This document shows, one piece after another, positions 58,683 through 64,000 of a stretch of DNA of 64,000 bases. Source of the stretch: Promethearchaeia archaeon (GTDB taxonomy: Archaea; Asgardarchaeota; Lokiarchaeia; Sigyniarchaeales; SOKP01); assembly GCA_029856125.1 (NCBI GenBank), contig JAHQWJ010000134.1:1605-65604 (forward strand), given 5' to 3'. Numbering within the stretch: the stretch's first letter is position 1; every line of letters begins with the position of its first letter. Below the pieces are notes generated by a model. It saw nothing but the letters and a program-made list of their open reading frames with translations, was not told the DNA's origin and did no database searches. Position numbers and translations under genes: made by a program.

Positions 58683-59759
58683 ATGCCTGAGGAAAACGAG
58701 GAGAAAGTCGAAGATTTTATTTCCCTTTGGAAAAAGAAATTAGCAACAGAGAACACGCCCTCCTTAATTGGAGATATACAAAAAGAAAACGAACAATTAC
58801 GAAACAAAATTGCTGCGAATATAGATTTGATAACTAAATCTGAGGAAATCCTGAAAAAAGCAGTTGGAGAAAAAGAGAAACTTAAAATTGAAAAAAATGA
58901 AGCTGTAGCAGAAATAACAATGAATTTAAACGATTTAAAGCAAAACAATTCAGAATTGGGAAATAAGGTTAAAAGCATGGTAAAGTTACTATTAGAGAAG
59001 GATGAAGAAATCAAATCAAAGAATACCTTAATCCTAAATTTGCAATCTCAAGCAACTCCACAAATAGGAAAAGATTCTATGACCGAAAATGGAATTATTG
59101 ACGAATTGAAATCTGAGATTTCGAAAAAGGATATAACCGTACAAAATTTAGAAGGTAAAACCATAGAATTATCAAATGAAGTAGAACGGCTAAAAAAAGA
59201 CTACGACGAAGAATTAAAAAGTAAATCTGCCGATGTTGTAGTCCAGGCGATTGCTCCTGAACAAAAGGTGATTAAACCTATGCCTCCTGAGATTTCTACT
59301 GTCCCTCTTGAATCATTGTGCCAAGATCTTCAATCAGATTTGACTAAATACAAACGGATCGTCGAAAATTTAAAGAAAGAAAAGAACGAACTAAAAAACG
59401 CATTAGAAGGAAAGAAAATTAGTCTAACTAATAGTGAATTCGAACCTTTAGAAAAAGAAAACGAATTACTTAAGAAAAAACTTACAGAATTACAAAATTC
59501 TCTCAGTAGCAGTAAAAAAGAAACAGAAATAATTAGTTCTGAGGAATACGGAAAGAAAATCCAAAATCTTGAGAACAAAGTTAGGGAGAAGGAAAGCATA
59601 ATAGCTGATTTAAAATTATCATCAATTTCTCCTACTTCAGATCCGAGCAATCCTATAGCGGAATTAGTTGAAAATTTGCAGAAGAACATAAACAGGTTAA
59701 AAATCACGCTTTCTGAAAAGGAAAAAGAAATTGCTAATTTGAAAGTTGAGCTCCTTTAA
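58683..59759 (+). CDS. long coiled-coil protein (hypothetical)
   Basis: About 358 aa from the ATG at 58683. The track ORF start at 58602 would overlap the Memo gene by 37 nt. Heptad-rich and Glu/Lys/Leu/Asn-rich throughout. Confidence 0.5.
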   Translation: MPEENEEKVEDFISLWKKKLATENTPSLIGDIQKENEQLRNKIAANIDLITKSEEILKKAVGEKEKLKIEKNEAVAEITMNLNDLKQNNSELGNKVKSMVKLLLEKDEEIKSKNTLILNLQSQATPQIGKDSMTENGIIDELKSEISKKDITVQNLEGKTIELSNEVERLKKDYDEELKSKSADVVVQAIAPEQKVIKPMPPEISTVPLESLCQDLQSDLTKYKRIVENLKKEKNELKNALEGKKISLTNSEFEPLEKENELLKKKLTELQNSLSSSKKETEIISSEEYGKKIQNLENKVREKESIIADLKLSSISPTSDPSNPIAELVENLQKNINRLKITLSEKEKEIANLKVELL

Positions 59760-59857
59760 TAAAATTAAAAACTTTTTTCACATAGAAATTATTCAGCTCT
59801 CTGAACACTTTTTATTAAGTAAGTTTTTTGAATAATACGATATTAAATGAAGAATAG

Positions 59858-60826
59858 ATGGCTATTCGTAAGAACATTTTATTCATTGGACATCATGCAA
59901 TTGATACGATTATTCGGTTTAAACAAAAAAGAAAACCGTCCTTGGGGGGGACTGTGACTTTCGGGTCCCTTGCTCTTAAAACTTATACAAATTCAACAAA
60001 AATTAGCGTTATTTCTAATTTAGGACTTCAAAATTTTAATAAATCTTTATTAAAACATTTTAACGATAAGAATATTGATTTTAGGGGTGTAAAAACGTTC
60101 GAAACTGATAACACTAATTTTGAATTAAATTATTCAAATCATTCGAGGAGATTAACTCTCAAATCCTGCAGCCCTAAACTAAAATTTGAAGATATCCCTG
60201 AAGAAATCCTGACATCGCCCCCTGATATTCTTATACTAGCACCTCTGTGTAATGAAATTTCTTTTGAATATGTATCAAAAATAGTAAATACGTTTCCAAA
60301 TACCTTTATTGGAATCGATTTGCAGGGATTTATTAGATATATTGATGACGACGGAGAAGTATCGTATGTTAGAGATGAAGCCATTATCTCAAATATGATA
60401 GCGATAATTAATTTGATTGGAGATAGATTAATTCTTAAGGGATCTGAAGTTGAGATGAAACTATTATCAAATCATAAAGAAGCTCAAAAAATAATGGAAT
60501 ATTTCAAGAATTTTGAGAATAAAGCAATATACATTATGACAATGGGAGAAGCAGGATCATTAATATTAAAAAATGGTGAAAATCTTTTAAAAATACCTGC
60601 TTACAAACCAAAGAGAGTTTTAGATGAAACAGGAGCAGGAGATGTATATTTAACAATATTTTTGTATGAATTACTGAATTCTGATATGACTTGGGAAGAG
60701 ATTGAAAAAAACGCTCATTTAGCTTCAGCAGCAGCCTCTTTTTTGGTCGAAAAGAAGGGTCCAAAGGGATTTGAAACAAGAAAAAGAATTTTAAAAAGAG
60801 TAGCAAGCAATAATTATATTAATTAA
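59858..60826 (+). CDS. PfkB/ribokinase-family sugar kinase
   Basis: 322 aa. N-terminal GG dipeptide region (SLGGTVTFG) and C-terminal DETGAGD motif. Confidence 0.75.
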   Translation: MAIRKNILFIGHHAIDTIIRFKQKRKPSLGGTVTFGSLALKTYTNSTKISVISNLGLQNFNKSLLKHFNDKNIDFRGVKTFETDNTNFELNYSNHSRRLTLKSCSPKLKFEDIPEEILTSPPDILILAPLCNEISFEYVSKIVNTFPNTFIGIDLQGFIRYIDDDGEVSYVRDEAIISNMIAIINLIGDRLILKGSEVEMKLLSNHKEAQKIMEYFKNFENKAIYIMTMGEAGSLILKNGENLLKIPAYKPKRVLDETGAGDVYLTIFLYELLNSDMTWEEIEKNAHLASAAASFLVEKKGPKGFETRKRILKRVASNNYIN

Positions 60827-60846
60827 ATCTTATCTAGATAGAAATA

Positions 60847-61437
60847 ATGCACATAAATAGTCATTTTGCCACAGGGCTAATATTTGCTTCAATTTTAAAC
60901 TATTTCTACAGCTTTTCTTTATTTGAATTCGTTTTCATCGTTTTTTTTTCTTTTATTTGCGATCTTGATGTCTTTTTTGCTAAATATGCAAGAGATCACA
61001 ATCACAGGATGCTTATTTCTCATTCGATAATTCCTGGTTTTCTTATGCTATTGCTTGGAATAATTATTAATTGGCCAGTACTAGCCTTTAGTGGTGCAAT
61101 ATATTCAATCCACGTTATTATAGATACTTTTGATTGGGGTACTAATTTTTTCTATTTTCAAAAAAAGCAAATTGGCTTGAAATTGCTAATATCAAAGGAG
61201 GAATTTGAAAACCTACCTAAATATTTATCAAAATTCAAAAAAGCAGAATCTTTTTTCGACTCAAAATATTATAGTAGCAAAGTGAGTTTGGGAATCGAAG
61301 CAATATTATTCATACTTATGTGTATATTTACTATCTTGTTTGCCTTTCAATTTATTTTTATTATAACACTTTATTTTTTAGGACTTTTTTTCCATTTAAC
61401 TCGGCATTTTAAATTAAAACGTATTGAAAGCAAGTAA
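60847..61437 (+). CDS. polytopic membrane protein (DUF457/YdjM-like metal-dependent hydrolase-like?)
   Basis: 196 aa. Hydrophobic helices with conserved-looking His/Asp residues (HFATG.., CDLDV, HSIIPG, HVIIDTFDWG). Confidence 0.4.
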   Translation: MHINSHFATGLIFASILNYFYSFSLFEFVFIVFFSFICDLDVFFAKYARDHNHRMLISHSIIPGFLMLLLGIIINWPVLAFSGAIYSIHVIIDTFDWGTNFFYFQKKQIGLKLLISKEEFENLPKYLSKFKKAESFFDSKYYSSKVSLGIEAILFILMCIFTILFAFQFIFIITLYFLGLFFHLTRHFKLKRIESK

Positions 61438-61527
61438 GTTCTATTTTAAAGACTTTCATTTATGTTTTAATAAAAGCAATCATTTGTTTTTTTAATAGTT
61501 TTGAAACATTAAGTACGTTAAGAAAAG

Positions 61528-62889
61528 ATGAAATTAATTGTAATAGGTGGAAATCCCGCTGGATTGAGTGCTGCGAGTGCAGTAAGAAGAGCACATCCGG
61601 ATTGGATAATTGATGTGTACGAAAAAGGGCCTTACATTTCATATGGTTCATGTGGGCTTCCTTATTATATAAGTGGTATCATCGAAGATCGAGATAAGTT
61701 AATTACTATTACCAGAGAACAATTCCTAGAAAAAAGAAACATTCCAGTTCACATTTATCAAGAAGTTTTATCCGTAAATTTTGATGAAAAAATAGTGAAA
61801 GTTAAAGATATTAATACTAATGAAATTTTCGAGGGAGCCTATGATTACCTGGTAATTGCGACTGGTGGTAAATCCAAAATGCGTCCGGAAATAACTCTTG
61901 AACATAATCATATCTTTCATGTACATACTATCGAGGATGCTGATGAAGTAAAAAATTTCCTAAACGGTAGTGGACTCAAATCTGGAATTCTTATTGGAGC
62001 TGGTTATATAAATCTGGAACTGGTCGAAGCTTATAAAGCACAAGGCATTAATAATTTAACTATCGTTGGACCTCGGCTGATTTTTAGGACAAAAAGCCAA
62101 GAATATATTAAAAAAGAACTTGAAAAAAATGGAATCAAAATGGTTCTCGGAAAATACGCTAAAAACCTAGAAATTGTTTCAGATAAACGATTAAGAGTCA
62201 ATTTTGAGGATGGAGAGTCATTAGAAGCAGATTTTATACAGATTTCAATAGGAGTAGTTCCGAATACGGATATTTTTGAAGGTACAAAATTGAAAATGAT
62301 GAATGGTGCAATAGTTGTAGATGAGTACATGAGAACCAACATTGAAAATGTTTTTGCAGCTGGTGATTGCGCAACAGTTTACCATCAAATTTTAAAAAGA
62401 AATACATATCTCCCTCTTGCCCCGGCTGCAAATAAACAAGGGAGAATTGCTGGAAATGTAATTGCAGGTAATAAAGTTGATCCTTTTTTTGGGATAGTTG
62501 GAACTTCTGTTTGGAAAGTATTTGATTTGTATTGTGGAAAAACCGGGATTACAGAAACAGAAGCTAAAGAATTGGGATATGAAACGGATTCAGTTTTAAT
62601 AGAAAGTAATGAAATCGCCCATTATTATCCAAATAGAGGAAATCAGTTCCAACTCAAAATGACTACATATTTATTATTTGACGTGAAAACTCACCATCTG
62701 TTAGGAGCAGAGATTACGGCGCCTTCTCCGTTAGGTGGAAAGAAAATTGATGTTCTAGCAACAGCATTAGCAGCGAAAATGAAAATAGAAGATATTCAAA
62801 AGCTTGATCTTTCTTACGCACCTCCCTTTGCTCCCGTTTGGGATCCGATTCTTATAGCTGCGAACGTGGCTCGAAAAAAATGCCGTTAA
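61528..62889 (+). CDS. pyridine nucleotide-disulfide oxidoreductase, CoA-disulfide reductase / NADH oxidase family
   Basis: 453 aa. FAD motif VIGGNPAGLSAA, single redox Cys (SYGSCGLPYYI), NAD motif LIGAGYINLE, and AAGDCA. Confidence 0.85.
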   Translation: MKLIVIGGNPAGLSAASAVRRAHPDWIIDVYEKGPYISYGSCGLPYYISGIIEDRDKLITITREQFLEKRNIPVHIYQEVLSVNFDEKIVKVKDINTNEIFEGAYDYLVIATGGKSKMRPEITLEHNHIFHVHTIEDADEVKNFLNGSGLKSGILIGAGYINLELVEAYKAQGINNLTIVGPRLIFRTKSQEYIKKELEKNGIKMVLGKYAKNLEIVSDKRLRVNFEDGESLEADFIQISIGVVPNTDIFEGTKLKMMNGAIVVDEYMRTNIENVFAAGDCATVYHQILKRNTYLPLAPAANKQGRIAGNVIAGNKVDPFFGIVGTSVWKVFDLYCGKTGITETEAKELGYETDSVLIESNEIAHYYPNRGNQFQLKMTTYLLFDVKTHHLLGAEITAPSPLGGKKIDVLATALAAKMKIEDIQKLDLSYAPPFAPVWDPILIAANVARKKCR

Positions 62890-62936
62890 AGATTATTAAA
62901 AAAACGATTAATAAAATAAAATAATGGTGAAAAAGA

Positions 62937-63413
62937 GTGGATATTTTTAAATTAACAATTTTTCAACGAGAAGGTGAAACATTAAAAGAAAGTAATCGAA
63001 AAAGAGTTCAAACGATACAAATCCCTGATAGTACTCACCTATCTGAAATTTATTTTCAACTACCCATTGCTTATGATGGTCCCAAAGGAGAAGATGGGTT
63101 ACGGAAGTTTTATACTCCCGAACATTTTTTTATTGCCGCTGTATCTGGTTGCTTTTTTACGACTTTTTCTGTCGTTTCAAGTAATTCAAATTTAAAATAT
63201 AAAACGCTTAGCATTAGCGCAGAAGGTCGCATTGATACCTCAACAGGTATTAAAATAATGGAAAAAATAGAAAATAAAATCACGTTGACAATCCCTTCTA
63301 CCGAGAAGAAAAAGAAGGCTTTGAAAATTTTAGAGTTAACAGAAAAAGCATGTCCTCTCGCTAATTCCGTGAAAACAAAGATAGAAAATACCTATAATAT
63401 CTTAGTTGAATAA
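62937..63413 (+). CDS. OsmC/Ohr-family peroxiredoxin-like protein
   Basis: 158 aa with a GTG start. Two conserved Cys contexts (AAVSGCFFTTF and KACPLANSVK). Confidence 0.75.
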   Translation: MDIFKLTIFQREGETLKESNRKRVQTIQIPDSTHLSEIYFQLPIAYDGPKGEDGLRKFYTPEHFFIAAVSGCFFTTFSVVSSNSNLKYKTLSISAEGRIDTSTGIKIMEKIENKITLTIPSTEKKKKALKILELTEKACPLANSVKTKIENTYNILVE

Positions 63414-63595
63414 ACAAATAAATTCTTTTTTTTTAATGAATCATCAAATTAATTAGATTTTACCTGTAATCATATCTTTATCTTATAAATTAAATAAAAA
63501 AGATTTAAGAGCTAAATGATAGTTTCAAATTATATCCATTTAAGTGGATTGAAATTAAAATTTTAATGCAAAAAGATCAAATAGAAGTGAATTAG

Positions 63596-64000
63596 ATGTC
63601 TGAAGGAATGAAAACTAAAGTAGGATTATCATTAGAGGAAGAAATGATATTTTCATGCGAACTTGGGAACATGAAAGTAAAAGATTGCTACATTGACGAT
63701 AGCCATACTGAAGAAGTTGATATGCTCGGTCCTAATCCTACTAGGATGCTAGGCTTAGCGTTGTTAGGATGCTTGAGTGCCAGTTTCATCTTTTGTTTGA
63801 AGAAAAAAAATCTTACCTTAGATGATTTAAAGGCTGAAGCAGAATTAACGATTGCTCGTAATAAAAAGGGATTTTGGAGGGTTATGAAAATAGATGTTGA
63901 CCTAAATATTAAAATTAGTGATCCAGATACGCGTAAGAGAGCAGATCAATGTAAAAAGATGTTCGAACAATACTGTATAGTCACTCAAGCCGTAAGAGAA
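63596..64000 (+). CDS. OsmC-like protein, 3' end outside window
   Basis: From the ATG at 63596 the frame stays open to the window end (135 codons). Cys contexts LLGCLSASF and EQYCIVTQAV are typical of the OsmC fold. This ORF is not in the supplied track because no stop codon is reached. Confidence 0.7.
   Translation, partial: MSEGMKTKVGLSLEEEMIFSCELGNMKVKDCYIDDSHTEEVDMLGPNPTRMLGLALLGCLSASFIFCLKKKNLTLDDLKAEAELTIARNKKGFWRVMKIDVDLNIKISDPDTRKRADQCKKMFEQYCIVTQAVRE

Noticed and set aside
83-62431. Many short ORFs in the supplied track lie antisense to, or nested in, long conserved CDSs. Examples: 83-511(-), 654-896(-), 1644-1937(+), 2367-2735(+), 4475-4795(+), 10959-11177(+), 16824-17072(+), 24642-24950(-), 35291-35677(-), 43033-43446(+), 50230-50640(-), 55707-56000(-), 58625-59014(-), 59330-59707(-), 60534-60806(-), 62031-62342(-).
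   Set aside because: Each is fully overlapped by a longer ORF with clear family motifs on the other strand or in another frame. Their translations are low-complexity and typical of shadow ORFs in AT-rich DNA.
1-64000. Search for tRNA, rRNA and CRISPR arrays, using GC-rich islands and regularly spaced repeats in intergenic regions.
   Set aside because: Every intergenic stretch I read is AT-rich, with no GC-rich cloverleaf-sized segments and no spaced direct-repeat arrays. A tRNAscan/Infernal run would be needed to exclude small ncRNAs formally.

Overview
Low-GC, densely coding archaeal chromosomal window with about 60 protein genes and an N/K/I-rich proteome. The A/V-type ATPase, EndA splicing endonuclease, PurS/Q/L and several 2-hydroxyacyl-CoA-dehydratase-type paralogs are reminiscent of Asgard/Lokiarchaeia-like genomes. 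Taxonomy cannot be proven from here. Reading by eye, I found no rRNA, tRNA, CRISPR array, transposase or integrase.

Left to right:
- Surface and membrane proteins, including an FG-GAP propeller fused to a polytopic membrane domain.
- padR-hsp20.
- Housekeeping hydrolases.
- purC-purS-purQ-purL.
- An operon of FGGY kinase, CCG Fe-S protein and FAD oxidase. The oxidase carries an AGPS-like HHH motif.
- Hexosamine genes (glmM, nagB-like, glmS, a stand-alone LbH acetyltransferase) plus a GH13 enzyme.
- Dehydratase-type genes: an activator and two subunits at 39.4-42.8 kb, and an orphan paralog at 30.2-31.5 kb. These bracket an AT-rich, accessory-looking stretch.
- Inside that stretch: an orphan ORF, two decayed copies of the dehydratase gene 3' end, and a four-gene plus-strand cluster (Ddl-like ATP-grasp ligase, PLP racemase, B12-binding-like/TIM-barrel protein, opine dehydrogenase).
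- Two VIT1-like transporters and a DUF47-like gene.
- A complete A/V-ATPase operon in the unusual order K-C-H-F-E-A-B-D-I, followed by a zinc-ribbon membrane protein and a second, diverged A subunit.
- endA, a Memo-like gene, a coiled-coil protein, a PfkB kinase, and CoADR/Nox plus two OsmC-like genes.

Most notable observations:
1. The extra A subunit has Arg->Pro in the catalytic GER motif.
2. The conserved N-termini of atpC and atpD (and possibly atpE) have no ATG/GTG/TTG start but do have strong GGTG Shine-Dalgarno-like sites, which suggests AUU/AUA initiation.
3. The racemase/ATP-grasp/mutase-like/opine-dehydrogenase cluster has an insertion-like context marked by relic gene ends.
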